A DNA stretch of 63,762 bases, counting the filler, from Chiloscyllium plagiosum (taxonomy: Eukaryota): the NCBI RefSeq assembly GCF_004010195.1. It is 3 parts of one record of this genome, joined end to end, with 100 filler letters (N's around TTAATTAATTAA, not from the genome) between each part and the next. Parts side by side here need not be neighbours in the genome. Positions count along the whole stretch, not along the records: positions 1 to 27,957 come from NC_057716.1; 2 more parts are not named here. One strand, given 5' to 3'. The notes beneath the pieces are model-generated. The model ran no database searches. It was not told the DNA's origin and was given only the letters and a program-made list of their open reading frames with translations. Below are positions 1-13,399 of the stretch, one piece after another. Made by a program: the position numbers and the translations under genes. Numbering within the stretch: position 1 is the first letter of the stretch; each line of letters starts with the position of its first letter.

Positions 1-541
1 GAGGTGGCAAATGGAGTTTAATGCGAACAAGTGTGAGGTGATTCACTTTGGTCAGAGTAACCGGAATGCAAAGTACTGGGCTAATGGTAAGATTCTTGGT
101 AGTGTAGATGAGCTGAGAGATCTCGGTGTCCAGGTTCACAGATCCTTGAAAGTTGCCACCCAGGTTCACAGGGTTGTTAAGAAGGCATACAGTGTTTTAC
201 TTTTTATTAATAGAGGGATCGAGTCCCGGAACCATGAGGTTATGCTACAGCTTTATAAAACTCTGATAGAGTATTATGTACAGTTCTGGTCCCCGCATTA
301 TAAGAAGAATCTGGAAGCTTTGGAAAGGGTGCAGAGGAGATTTACTCGGATGTTGCCTGGTATGGAGGGAAGGTCTTACGAGGAAAGGCTGAGGGACTTG
401 AGGCTGTTTTCGTTAGAGAGAAGAAGGTTGAGAGGTGACTTAATAGAGACATATAAGATAATCAGAGGGTTAGATAGTGTGGACAGGGAGAGCCTTTTTC
501 CAAGTATGGTGTCGGCGAGCACGAGGGGACATAGCTTTGGA
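1..541 (+). mobile_element. CR1-clade LINE fragment, ORF2 C-terminal region
   Basis: ORF 11-544 has CR1 motifs MEFN..KCEVIHFG, RDLGVQVH, VQFWSP, LERVQRRFTRM and RRLRGDLIE. Confidence 0.9.
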
Positions 542-554
542 TGAGAAAGTAGAA

Positions 555-1428
555 AGTGGTTTAGTAAGTTTGCAGATGACAAGAAGGTTGGTGGAGTTAT
601 TGATTGTGTGGAGGGCTGTTGTAGGTTGACATTGACAGGTTGCAGAACTGGGCTGAGAAGTGGCAAAAGGAGATCAACCTGGAAAAGTGTGAAGTGATTC
701 ATTTTGGAAGGTCGAATTTGGGGAATACAGGGTTAAAGGCAGGCGTCTTGGCAGTGTGGAGGAGCAGAGGGATCTTGGGGGTCCATAGATCCCTCACAGT
801 TGCCACCCAAGTTGATAGGGTTGTTAAGAAGGCTTATGGTGTGTTGGCTTTCATTAGCAGGGGGGGTTGAGTTATGCTGCAGCTCTATAAAGCCCTGGTT
901 AGACCACACTTTGAATATTGTCTTCAGTTCTGGTCGCCTCATTATATAAAGGATGTGGAAGCTTTAGATAGGGTGCAGATGAGATTTACCAGGATGTTGA
1001 CTGGACTGGAGCGCATGTCTAATGAAGAAAGGTTGAGGGAGCTAAGATTTATTGGAGTGAAGAAGGATGAGAGGTGACTTGATAGAGGTGTACAAGATGT
1101 TGCAAGGCATAAATAGAATGAATAGCTAGAGATGTTTTCCCAAGATTGAATATGGTTATCACAAGGGGACATAATTATAAGTTAACCGGAGGAAGGTTTA
1201 GGGGAGATGTCAGAGGTGGGTTCTTTACATAGAGACTGGTGGGTGTGTGGAATGCACTGCCAGCAGTGGTAGGAGAGGCAGATACATTAGGGACATTTAA
1301 GCAACTCTTGAATAAGCACATGGATGATAGTACAATGTAGGGTATGTTGGTTAATTTGATTTTAGAGTAGGATAAAAGGTCAGCACAACATCGAGGGCCG
1401 AAGGGCCTGTACTATGCTGTACTACTCT
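555..1428 (+). mobile_element. 5'-truncated CR1 LINE with 3' UTR
   Basis: Frameshifted KFADD, KCEVIHFG and QFWSP motifs; ends in a CR1-type 3' tail (gggcctgtactatgctgtact). Confidence 0.85.
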
Positions 1429-2100
1429 AAGCTCTTCCCGAGTAGAACCCTCTATATACTGCTTGAGGAAACTTTCCTTATCATACTTAACAAATTCCAC
1501 CCCACCAAAACCCTTAACACTGTGGCAATTCCAGTCTATGTTAGGAACATTAAAATCCCCTCATATGACACCCTATTGCTCCAGCCAGTGTCCCTGCATA
1601 TTTGTTCCTTTAATTCTCGTTGACTATTTGGGGGCCTATAGTGCAACTACAATAATGACACCATCTCCTATCTATTTCTTAGCTCCACCCACAAAGCCTC
1701 ACTGGATGATCCTGAGTTACTTCATCTCTGACTACTGCTGTGATACTCCTCTTAATCAAAAATGCAACTATATCTCCCATCTTTCCTCCACCTCTGTTCC
1801 ACCTAAAGCACTTGTACCCTGGGCACATTAAGCTGCCCATCCTGTCCCTACCTTAGCCATGTTTCTGTAATGGCTATAATATCCCAGTCCCACGTACCTA
1901 TCCATGCCCTGAGTTCATTGGCCTTACTTTTCAGCCTTCTTGTGTTGAAATAGATGCAATTTAATATAATAGGCATTCCTGTTGTGTTCCAACCTGACCT
2001 GTCACTTCAACTTAATATTTCGGATGACTATATCTCCTTCTAGCCTTGCACTTGCCTCCCTGCTATTGAGGTCCACCCCTCCCGCCAATCTAGTTCCTAT
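1429..2100 (-). mobile_element. Decayed CR1 endonuclease-region fragment
   Basis: Reverse strand reads EFVK...FLKQYIEGSTRE and a GDFN-like motif, matching the endonuclease part of the CR1 at about 15000. Confidence 0.65.
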
Positions 2101-4900
2101 TTCTTATGACTGGAAAGCACTTTGATTGGTCATGAAAGCTGTATAAATTTAAGTCATTTGAACTGAAGTGAATGTCGAAAAGGGCTTTGAATTACAAGCC
2201 AATCTGCATAATTGCAATTCTTGCAGTGATTCTCATTTACATTTCAACTGAAGCCTGTTAATTGAGAGATCCCAGAAGAAATAAAGTGACCTCAATTATG
2301 AAATGCTGATGAAAGATTAAATTACTTAGGAACACAACGCTGCCAAAGGACCTGACTCCCATAACAGATGGGCACTAACTGTGCTCTCAAGGACTACCAT
2401 TATCTGCAGAAATTTTACTAAGTAGCATTAAGCTCATAGTGCTGTTAGTTCTACTCTGAAACACTAACTGAGCTGCCCAGAACTTGCCGCATACAGTTGG
2501 ATTTCAATTTCTCTTTTCAGTAAAAAGCCTCCAGCAGAGTTTCATCTGAAGCCCCTACCAGGCCTTTCATTTAAGATGCTGTCATTCTCTTTACACTTCC
2601 AATTCTTTGCAGCTTGCAACTCTTGCTGTACACAGGAAACTGATATGTGCACAATGTGGCAGCACAGTGCTCCCACTAGCTACAGCTGCGACACTTCAAA
2701 AAGGTCAATCGATTGAAAACATCTTTGCGCCAAAAATCATTAAAAACGTTTTCTATTATCTTAACTGTTTCAGTTGAGCCCAATGGGAAGTGGTCATCAG
2801 CCAAACCCACTGCTCCTCATAAACAGACCCTACCCACATCAAAAAAAAGGTGGTGGGGGGGGGCACAGCTTTTATAGCTCAATAAGGTTGAAGATCAAAG
2901 TTGTTGACGGACACACATTTAGTAAGAGATCAAAGAGCAGGATATGTATTTACAATTTGTCATCACACAGCAGGCCAGGGAGGATGCCACGGCAGGCTCC
3001 CAAGCCTTTGTTCATACCGCAATTATTTACTGAAAGGAAAATAAGACAGCATTAACCCTTGGAGGACTATGTTCACACTACACGGTATGTAAAAGTTCTG
3101 CATAAAGAAGAATACAGGACTTTATAACTGTACACAGGTCTGTATTTATCACCTGACAATGTAAAACCTTCCAGCTCTCGCTGGAGCTGTAGGCTGGACT
3201 TGATTTTCTATTTTATCTTAGCTTGCATCCTTCTAGCATCAAACTGGCATGGTAAAGGATCCTTTTAAAAACTGTCCATCAATAGTTGTAATCGCAATGA
3301 GGCAGGCTCTGTTGTGTGGTCATCATCTTAGGTTCAGCCAGCACCATTGTGATATGTTTACAAATGGTACCATGCAGTTGTCTGAATGTGTGTGAATTAG
3401 AGTTTTAGGAAGAAAATCAATTACCCTTATTCAGTCTGGCCTACATGTGAGTACAGACCCATAGCAATGTAGCTGACTCTTAACTGCCCTCAAAAATAGT
3501 CTAGTAAACTGCTCAGATTAGAGATGAGAATTAGAGATGGGAAACAAATACTCATGTTGCAAGTGATGCCCATATTACTATTTTTTAAAATTTTCAAACT
3601 TCAGCTTAGTACAATTTCTGCGTAACATTTTTGTAATAGTGTTTTTAAGATATGGGCAGCAGGTTGTTTTAGTGTGATTCGGTCAGGATAAGTCTGCAAT
3701 TTCTCATGTTGGAAACATCTGTAACACACCCGGTCAATTAGAGCATAAAAGAACCAGCACCATTCATCAATTGGAACACTTGATTGGATCAATATGGGGT
3801 GTGGCATGTCTGAGGCAGACTGAGACAAACAATTCCATCTGGGTTTAACAGATGGAACACAAACTCACTGATATAGGATCGGTGTTAGAGGCAGTACACA
3901 GCCCAGCTGTGCTCCATCACGGAATCCTGAGACTTCCTGGACTCTGGGATTAGACAGGCAGGCTGTGATGGTCATAGAATAAGAGAGTTTTACAGCATGG
4001 ACTGAAACCCATCATCTAACCATGACCATGCCACTCATCAAGTCTATCAATTCTAGATCCCTCTACTAAAGAAAAAGTTTATTTCTCTCCAACCTATCTA
4101 CATCCCTCAAATTTTGTACATCATGTCCACCGTCAGCCTTCTCCGCTCCAAGGAAAACACCCCCATTATCAATATCCCAGAGCAATTAGCATTAACCAAA
4201 AACTGAACTAGACAAGCACTACATACTTCACCTACAAGAACAGGTCTTACATTTGAAATTCTGCAGCAAATGACTCCATTCCTACCATCACCATCTTGCC
4301 AAGCAAGGCTAAAGTCAAAAATGATGGAATGCTCACTTCTTGCCTAGATGAATGGAGATCCTTAGGGATAGGTAACAAACATTAGCCTTGTCATTGACTT
4401 CCAAATCCCATTAAGGAATTTTAAAAAAGACTTTATTAAATAGTAGGCCATTCAGCTCCTCAGGTTTGCTCTGCCACTCAATAAGATCATAGCTGATTGA
4501 TTGTGGTTTTAGTTCCTGACATCCCTCTGCCTCTCGTATCTCTTGATTCCCTTGTCAATCAAAAATTGATCCAGCTCTACATTTCCTGAGTGTTCACAGC
4601 TCTGGCTCTTTCACAACTTATCATTTGAATTGATACACCACAATATTTTCCCTGTCTTCCGACAGATTAAAGAAAATTAAGAACCTTTCAAATGATGAGA
4701 GAGATAATTCTGCTACTGTTTTTTGAAAATCCAGCATCTTCCCCTTCTTACCTTGGACAGCTCCATCCTTAATTCTTTTCAAAGGCTTAAATGGCAACTC
4801 AGAGTAATTTATTTTCACTTAAGGCAAGTTGTATAACATTAGTGTTTAGTCCAAAATTCCAAACAGCAGAAATTTTGAAGCAATCTTATTACGATATTAC

Positions 4901-4995
4901 CTGTGAGCCACAACAATTGTGGTCCTGTTGGCGCAGACTTTGGCCAGAGAGGCTTGAATGTTTCTTTCAGTTTGTGTGTCTAGAGCAGATGTAGC
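4901..4995 (-). CDS. ABCB6: ABCB6 coding exon (95 nt) with D-loop and H-loop
   Basis: Translates [31 protein letters not shown](R); [18 protein letters not shown] is the ABCB6-type sequence. Acceptor ggacag|GCT and donor CAG|gtaata; in frame with the previous exon. Confidence 0.95.
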
Positions 4996-5606
4996 CTGTC
5001 CAAGTGGAGTGAAGATAAATGATTAGAACACTGAAACAGGACAGTGGAAATATTCACTGGCAGACTGGTGAACAGATAGGTTCAGCCAATCCATCAGCTG
5101 TTAAAAGCCTACTGTACAAAATATTGAGACAACAATGTTTTTTAAGCTTAAAAGCAACTAAATTCTTCAGATAGATAATAAGAAGTTCTACATTTAGCAC
5201 AGTGGGTGCTCCTACACACTTATATCAGTGACTACACTTCAAAAGTGAGTCATTTATTGTAAAATGCTTTGGAACATACAGAGTTTGCGTATACCGCCAG
5301 TTTTCCTTTCTGAGGAGAGGGAACCAGTTGTATCAGTTAGAGATTGTAAAATCCCTTAACAAAGGGTGGCACTCCTTCACAAAAATTTAGAATATTTACC
5401 CTTTGTGAAGCATCTTTTACCTTCTTAAGGACAGCTTAAAGCCAGATTCATTAACTATGCACAGACATGGTTCTGAGAGTGTAAGGAATAAGCTTGATTA
5501 TTTCCAGTGAAATGTAATATCATGTTGATTTGAAAGTTGTAATCAATAATTTTTATTTCCATCTCTCAGACTCAATGCAATTTCTGTGATTTCAATTCTT
5601 AATTAC

Positions 5607-5719
5607 CTCATCCAGAAGAACAATCTGAGGGGCCTTCAGGATCGTTCTGGCGATTGCTACTCTCTGTTTCTCTCCTCCACTCAGTTTCAGTCCTCTTTCC
5701 CCAACTTGGGTATCATAAC
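5607..5719 (-). CDS. ABCB6: ABCB6 coding exon (113 nt) with ABC signature and Walker B
   Basis: Translates (G)[37 protein letters not shown]. Acceptor ttcttcag|GT and donor GAG|gtaatt; phase matches the 6793-6967 exon. Confidence 0.95.
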
Positions 5720-6792
5720 CTGAAGAACATGGCACATTAAGAACAGCTGGAGACGGTGATCATGCTCAGAACCTTTTTCTTTAATTTGCCTGTCCAGATA
5801 TGTTATGACACACCTCTGGAGCAGGTGGAACTTGAGCCCAGACCACCTTCATCAAAAGTATGGGCACTACCACAGCACCATAAGAGTCCCTAAGGGTAAA
5901 TCAGAACAGCTCCAGAGTTTTTTTTGACAACGGGTGCTGCTCAACGGGCTTTTGCAGAGGCATGGTAACTTGTCCCTATCTCTGGGCAAGAAGGCCTGGG
6001 TTGAAGTCTCACCTGCTCCAGAGAAATGTAGTAACATCTCTGAACAAGTTGGTTCAAAAATATCTCACCTGTTCCAGACATCCCATCATGTGGAATTGAA
6101 AATCAATGAATAAATCTGGAATTGCAAGCTGGTCTCAGTGACAGTGATTATTATAAATCCTCACCAAAACCACATTCGGTTCATGAAGGAAGTCTGTCAT
6201 CATCACGTCACCTGGCAAACATGTGACTCTAAACCCAAAGCAACGTGACTGACAAGCCTAGCAAGCCACTCAGTTCAAAGGCAATTCAAGGTTGGCAATA
6301 AATGCCCGGCTACATACAACCAAAGAATTTTAAAAGCTACGCATCAGAAATGGTCTTCTTCATGCACAACTTTGAGGGACAAAAGCACATCCCTCTGTTC
6401 AGAAATTCTATTTTTCTGCTCATGGAAATAGAGAATGTGGAGTAAATGTAGGACTTTTGACATTTGGAAAAATTTGTAAATATTTTTACATTTCAGGGAC
6501 TTCCTGGTCATAGATTTTGAAGAACAGTATCAGTTATCCAAAAGAAAATTGTGCTGTTATTGGATGAAATAACTATTAGTTTAAGGTAATAAAAATGATG
6601 TAGCAGCAGGTCAACAACTACAGAAACGTGAAGACTTGGAGAGGGTCCCCAAGCTGACCTGGCGAACATATGATTCCAAAGAATGTGCTTGCAAATCTTT
6701 GCTTCCTTCAACAGGGTCTTCTAGAAGCTGTGATTTCATACAAAATGTCTTTGCTCCCACCAAATAAATATCGACAGAACACACTCTCTTAC

Positions 6793-6967
6793 CTTCAGGG
6801 AAAGTAATTATCCGCTCATGGATATCAGCTGCTAGAGAGGCTTCCTCCACATCCTCATCACTAGCCGTCACTCTGCCATATCGGATGTTGTTTTTAATGC
6901 TGTCATTGAAGAGAACGGTGTCCTGAGGCACTACCCCGATGTGAGAGCGTAGAGAGCTCTGCTTCAC
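6793..6967 (-). CDS. ABCB6: ABCB6 coding exon (175 nt), nucleotide-binding domain Q-loop region
   Basis: Translates [58 protein letters not shown](G), closely resembling vertebrate ABCB6. Acceptor tttctccccgag|GTG and donor GAAG|gtaaga; ends in phase 1. Confidence 0.93.
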
Positions 6968-7049
6968 CTCGGGGAGAAATTTAGACCTTTTAGAAGAAGC
7001 TTCAGTACAGGATAGAGTTCAACTCGCATCATAAAATCCACAAAACCAC

Positions 7050-8870
7050 CACAAAATCATAAGGCCATTTGGCTTTCCAAGCCTCTTCCACCGTTCAAAA
7101 CAATCATGGCTCAGTTCCACCTGCACCCACATTGACCCCATACCTCTTCATTCCTTTTGATTCCAAAAAATCGCTTGAATAAACTCAACAACAGGAGCAT
7201 CCATAGCTCTCTGGGGTAATAAGTTCCAAATATCTGAAATACTGAGTGAATTGTTTCTCCACATCTCAGTCCTAAATGCGACAATCTCATTGTGAGACAG
7301 TGATTCCCTGCTCTGGACTCCTCCACCAGAATAAGTATCTTCCCAGTATCTAGCCTATTAAGTTCCTTAAAGATTTTAGTGAAATCATCTGCATTTCTGA
7401 ATTTAGAAATATAGGTTTAGTCCACTCAACTTCTCCTCATAAAACAAGCCAGGAATCCCCCCCCCCAAAAAAAACCATCAATTGCACTCCCTCTAAGGAA
7501 ACCATATTCTTCCTTAGATAAGAAGATTAAGTTTGAACACAATGTGGTCCAGATGTGATCTGCAGTGAGATTTCATTGAAATAAACAGATATCGTGGCAA
7601 TGATACCGCACTCCGAACCCTAAGCTATTGTTCTGGAGATATGGGTTTGAATTGCACCATGGTAGACGGTGAAAACTGAATTCTGTAAAACAAAATCTGG
7701 AATTAAAAGCCATCCTAATGGTGACCATTTAACCACTGTCAACTGTTGTAAACAAAATCTGGTTCACTAATGTTCTTAAGGGTAGCAAACCTGTCTTCTC
7801 TACCTAGTCTGGCTACACGTGATTCCAGGCATACAACAATGTGGTTTGCTCTTAACAATCCTTTGCACAATTGGGGGCAGGAAAAGATGCTCTGCTTTCC
7901 TACTTTTCTGCTGTAGTCATTAAATTTTACTTTCCCACATTATATTCTACAGGCCATGTTCTTGCCCACTCACTGAAATAGTCTATATCCCTTTGCAGAC
8001 TCTTTGCATTCTCTCTATCACTTAGCTTCACATCATCACGTCTGGACATGTTATACTTGGTCCAAATACTGGAGTCCTGTAGTTTCACACTCGTTACAAT
8101 TGCCAACCGCAAAAAAATTACCTGTTTGGTATTACTGTTTTCTGTCTGTTAATCAATCCTCAATTCATTAAATATATTACAATGGCACCATTTAATGCTC
8201 TAATCTTTTTGCAATAACCTAATTTATAATACATGATTGACAACTGTTTGAAAATTAAAATAGACTAACTTTTTTAGGGTTGTAAAAATTTATTTCATAG
8301 GATGTGGACACTGCTGACGAGACCAGAATTTGTGACCAATCCTTCATTGCCTCAAGGTGGTGATTAGCCACCTTCTTGAATCCATGAGATGTAGGTACAC
8401 CCATAACACTGTTACTGGGAGGGTACTCCAGGATTTTGACCAAGTAACAGGGAAGGAATAGTGAGGTAATTCCAAGTCAGGATGGCAAGTGACTGCGATG
8501 GGAACTTGCAAGTGATGGCGTTATCATACATTTGATACCCTTGTTTTTCTAGCTGGTCCATTAATTTCCCCTCATCTAACCTGCCAGTTATAACCTGAAT
8601 AAACTCAAACTTTTGTCAAATACGATTTCCCTTTCTTGAATCTCAGTTGTTTTTGCAAAATTATATCCCAATTCCCCGATTGCTCTATCACTACGTCCAT
8701 AATTACAGATTCCAGGACTTGCCCTACCACAGCTGTCACATGGAATGGCCTACAATGTTCCATTTTCTCCACCTCCTTCTTTTGAATATTGGAATTATGT
8801 TTCCTAACTTCCAATCCATGGACACGGTTTGAGAATCTAGCATTTCTGGAAGATGAAGCCAATATTGACC
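7050..8870 (-). mobile_element. Old fragmented CR1 pieces with an interposed SINE (about 7590-7880) and a non-LTR 3' end (about 8285-8550)
   Basis: ORF remnants LQRDIDYFSEWARTWPVEYNVGK and KGKSYLTK; CR1-like 3' UTR near 7050-7330. Confidence 0.6.
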
Positions 8871-8874
8871 CGCA

Positions 8875-10355
8875 TTTCAAGGGGGTTGGAGTAAAAGAGA
8901 AGGGAGGTCTTACTGCAACTGTACAAAGTGAAGAAACCACATCTGAAGTACTGTGAGCAGTCCTGGTCCTTTACTTAAGGAAAAATATCATTTCATTTGA
9001 TGCAGTTCACTACGATGTTCCCTGGCATGGAGAGATTGTCTTATGAGCAAAGGTTAAACAGATTGAGACTCTACTCACTGGAGTTTAGAAGGATGAGAGG
9101 TGATTTCACTGAAACATACAGGATTCTTAGGGGCTTGACAAGGTAAATGCTGAGAGGATGTTTCACTTCCTGGGAGAGTATAGGGCCAGACAGCACATGA
9201 CTTTGACAAAGAAAAAAGGAGGCATGATTAGTAAGTTTGCAGATGACACCAAAATTGGTGGTATAGCTGACAGTGAAAAATGTTATTTAAGATTACAAAG
9301 GAATCTTGAACAATTGGGCCAATGGACAAGTGGCAGATGGAATTTAATTTGGATAAACGTGAGGTGTTGCATTTTGGTATTACAGACCGGCAAGGACTTA
9401 TAGAGTTAATGGTAGGGTCCTGGGGAGTGTTGTTGAACAGTGGTTCAGATACATAGTTCTTTGAAAGTTGCATCACAGGTCGACAGGATGGTGAAGATGG
9501 CATTTAGCACACTTACTTTCATTGCCTGCAGCACTGAGCGTAGGAGTTGGGACATCATTTTGAAGTTGCATAGGATGTTGGGGAAAGCATCTTCTGGAGT
9601 ATTGTGTCCTGTTCAGGTTGGCCTGCTATAGGAAGGATATTAGTAAATTGGACAAAGTTTAGAAAAGACCTACCAAGGTGTTGCCGGGAGTGGAGGGTTT
9701 GAGTTATAAGGAGAGGCTGAATAGGCTGGGACTTTTTTCACTGGAGAGCAGGAAGTTGAGGAGTGACCTTACTGATGTTTATAAAATCTTGAGGGGCATA
9801 TAATGTAAATAGCAAAGATCTTTTCCCTAGAGTGAGGGAGTTCAAAACTAAGGGGCATATTTTTAAGGTGAGAGGAGAAAGATTCAAAAGGGATGTGAAG
9901 GGCACAGAGAGAATGGTTCATGTGTGTAATGGACTGCCATGAATATGAATTGGAACGGTTTGGAGGGATATGAGCCAAATGCAGGTAAGTGGGACTAATT
10001 TCGTTTGGGGAACTTAGCCGGCCTGGAAGAAGTAGACCGAAGGGTCTGTTTCCATGCTGTATGACTCTATGACTCAGAATGAAGGGGCCCCAATGTAAGC
10101 CTGAGCCAAGGAGGAATTCCTTCTGAGGGTGGAGAGTCATTGGAACTCCTTACCATGGAGCGCAGTGGAGGCAGAGCCCTTATGCACATTTAAGGCCAAA
10201 AGAGATAAATTCTTAAATCAGTAGGGGAGTGAAGGGTTTTGGGGAAAATGCAGGAAAGTGGACCTGAGGAATGCTGGATCAGCCGTGATTCTACTGAATG
10301 GCAGAGCAGGCTTGAGAAGCTGAACTGCACACTCCTGTTCCTATTTCACATGGTC
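8875..10355 (+). mobile_element. CR1 3' fragment interrupted by a younger CR1 (about 9203-10075)
   Basis: Inner copy has [12 protein letters not shown] and a ctctatgactctatgact tail; the outer copy resumes at 10076; atgact occurs at both junctions. Confidence 0.75.
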
Positions 10356-10718
10356 ATGCACTCATCCACTATCTAGGTAATTGTTTCTTTTAAAGAATAC
10401 AGGCCATAACATCCAGTAATTTATTGATTTTCAAGCTTGTTATGGCCTTAGCTGATGGTCCTGCTGGACAATCCAAACACAGAATGAAATCTGACTTGAA
10501 AGATCATTTAAAAAAATTTTCATGCATGGTCATCATTCACTGAACTAGTCATACGAGGCTACGGATTTTTTTTAACAACAGTCAAAACATTCTATTTCTC
10601 TATTGTCAAAGATATTGTAACTAAAGCTGTGCCTAAATACTTTTGTATCTAGGTCGGCGCCGTAACTGGCGACATATACACTTTTTGTTATATTCAGTGA
10701 GTATATGTGACAATAAAG

Positions 10719-10935
10719 TGTGGCACAGGAAAAGCACAGCCGGTCAGGCAGCATCAGAGAAGCAGGAGAGTCGAAGTTTCAAGCACAAGCTCTTCATCAG
10801 GACATTCCCTGATGAAGAGCTAATGCTCAAAACACCAACTCTCCTGCTCCTTGGATGCTGTCTGACCAGCTGTGTTTCTCTAGCACCACACTTTTTGACT
10901 CTGATCTCCAGCATTTGCAGTCCTCACTTTCTCCC
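10719..10935. mobile_element. Foldback Penelope-derived terminal-repeat element with degenerate hammerhead motifs
   Basis: Inverted arms around 10805; perfect 16-bp direct repeat atatgtgacaataaag at 10703-10718 and 10936-10951. Confidence 0.8.
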
Positions 10936-11369
10936 ATATGTGACAATAAAGATTATTTTAATCTAAAAAGGTCTAATTCATTTTCCATTACAAATTTACA
11001 TCCAGAGAAATTACACCATATCAAATCTTTAAGTTCGACTTAACTGATTCCCCACGTTCTTTCCCCACGAACAGCGAAGCCTTCTTAAATGAATCCCCAC
11101 AAAACTGAGAGCTTCAACTTTCTTAAATTTTAGTAACCAGCAGATGTCTAACTAAACACTCCTGGTTTGAAAATTTCACAAACTAGACTTTTCTACTGAG
11201 GTAATGGCACTTTTCCTATTCTTCCATATGCCTTTCCGGGAGAGAAACTATATTTGCTTCTGACCCCAGTCAAGACTCCTCTGAACTGCCTTAAAACTTA
11301 CAATTATAATGCTTTCGAAGTCAAAGTCATTCCTTGATTATCCTGGATCAAAAATGAGAATCTTCAAAT

Positions 11370-11700
11370 TTTTAATTCATTCACAAGATGTGATATCAAT
11401 GGCCAGATGATTGCCCATCTCTAATTACCCAAAGGACAGTTAAGAGTCAACCATCATTGCTGTGGGTCTGGAGTCACATGTAGGCCAGACCAGGTAAGGA
11501 TGGCAGTTTCCTTCCCTAAAGGACATTAGTGAACCAGATAGATTTCTCTGACGATCAACAATGGTTTTATTGCCATCATTAAACCCTTTATTCAGATTTT
11601 TACTGAACTCAAATTTCATCATCTGCCATGTGAGAGTTGAAGCCAGTTTCCCATAACATTATCTGAGCCTCCGGATTAATAGTTTATTGATATGGGGGAG
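11370..11700 (-). mobile_element. tRNA-type SINE; other copies at about 3340-3580, 6070-6320, 7590-7880, 18590-18770 and 23425-23745
   Basis: Recurrent core gtctggcctacatgtgactccagacccacagcaat; the 3' tail (ggcaataaatgctgg...gatgccc) is shared with the non-LTR element at 12087-12722. Confidence 0.65.
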
Positions 11701-12086
11701 GCAATGCCCTATATGTGACTCCAGACCCACAACAGTGTGGTTGACTTTTAACTGCTCTCTGGGCAATAAATGCTGGCTGAATCAGAGTGATATTAGAAAA
11801 AAAATCACTAGGCCATAACATTCCCTAAATTTTATATTCCCTGTTACAAACCACTAGAGGAATAACAATTTTCCATTAACACTCCAGGGTTTTTGCTCTT
11901 GTGGCACATACTGGGTTAGGTCACTGCTTCTTGTAACTGACCTAGTTATGTCCTTAAAAAGAACTCTTCACATAATCAATGAACTCAAATGCCACTGTTT
12001 GAAAATCCAAATGCTAAAAATGATATTAGTATATACACAGACACATTTAATCACAAGTCCCATTAACTTCTTCTCTACAGCAGAAT

Positions 12087-12722
12087 ATGTCGAATCCTGG
12101 GGTTACCACTGACCAGAAACTCAACTGGACTCGTATTATAAACACAGCGCTACAAGAGCGAACGATAGGAATATTGCAGCAAGTAACTCACTTCCTGGCT
12201 TGCCAAACCCTGTCCAGTATTTATAAGGCACATGTCAGGAATGTGAAGGAACACTCCTCCCTTGCCTGGATAGGAGCAGCTTTAACAATATTCAAGAGGG
12301 TTGGCACCATCCAGGACAAAGCGACCTGCTTGATTAGCACCGCATTCTCAAATCTTCCACCACCAACGCTCAGTAGAAGCAGCAGAGTGTATCATCAACA
12401 AGATGCACTGCAGAAATTCACCAAGGCTACTCCCAAAACCATGCCCATGACCACTTCCATCTAGAAACACAAGGGCAGCAGAAAGATGGTGACACTAACA
12501 CTTATAAAGTTCCTCTTTGAGCCATTCATCATTCTGGCTTCAAAATATATTGTCTCTCCTTCAGTCTTACTGGATCAAAATCACAGGGCTACCTCCTTAA
12601 CAGTATTGTGGGTCTACTTACCACAAATGCACTGCAGTAAGAGACAGCTCACTATGACCTTCTCAAGGACAACAGGAGATGGGCAATGAATGCTGGTCCA
12701 GGCAATGATGCCCAGATCCCAC
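12087..12722 (+). mobile_element. Non-LTR retrotransposon (CR1/L2 group) RT C-terminus and 3' end; another copy on the minus strand at about 32830-33450
   Basis: ORF remnant PGVTTDQKLNWT...IYKAHVR...SLAWIGAA...TIQDKA. Confidence 0.7.
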
Positions 12723-12819
12723 AGGTGCCACAGTACCTCTCACACTTTGAGAATAGCTGTTAACACTGAACTTTATTGAATTCAAACTTCACCATCTGCC
12801 ATGGTGGGATTCATGGCGT

Positions 12820-13399
12820 AGAGTCAGCACGGAAACAGACCCTTGGACCAACGTATCCATTCTGACCAGATATCCTAAATTAATCTAGTCCCATCTATCA
12901 GCATTTCATCCACATCTAAACCCTTCCTATTCATGTACCCATCCAGATACCTTTTAAATGCTGTAATTGTACCAGCCTCCACCACATCCTCTGGCAGCTC
13001 ATTCCATACACATACCACCCTCTGCTTGAAAAAGCTGCCCCTTAGACCCCTTTTAAATCTTTCCCCTCTCACCCTAAACCTATGCCCTCTAGTTCTGGAC
13101 TCCCCCATCACAGAGAAAAGACCTTGTCTATTTACCCTACTATGCCCCTCATGATTTTATAAACCTCTATAAGGTCACCCCTCAGCCTCTGACGCTTCAG
13201 GGAAAACAGCCCCAGCCTGTTCAGCCTCTCCCTATAGCTCAAACTCTCCAATGCTGGCAACACCCTTGTAAATCTACTTTGAACTCTTTCAAGTTTCACA
13301 ACATCTTTCCAATAGGAGGGAGACCAGAATTGCACAGAATATTCCAAAAGTGGCCTAACCAATGTTCTCTCTAGCGACAACATGACCTCCCAACTACCA
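12820..13399 (-). mobile_element. CR1 3' fragment
   Basis: ORFs LVRPLLEYSVQFWSP...RLRGDLIEVYKIM and SRTRGH...FFKQRVVCVWNELP. Confidence 0.9.

Noticed and set aside
4731..4818. IKDGAVQG followed by gtaaga as the next ABCB6 exon
   Set aside because: Upstream codons (ELPFKPLKR) do not resemble the expected LSTVVNADQILV and I found no fitting acceptor; chance similarity.
6611..6792. C-terminal part of ORF 6611-6967
   Set aside because: Read-through past the gtaaga donor into the intron; ABCB6 similarity stops at 6793.
10653..10696. CpG-rich 44-nt plus-strand segment between tag and gtgagt
   Set aside because: No recognisable translation and no supporting partner exons; cannot be distinguished from chance.
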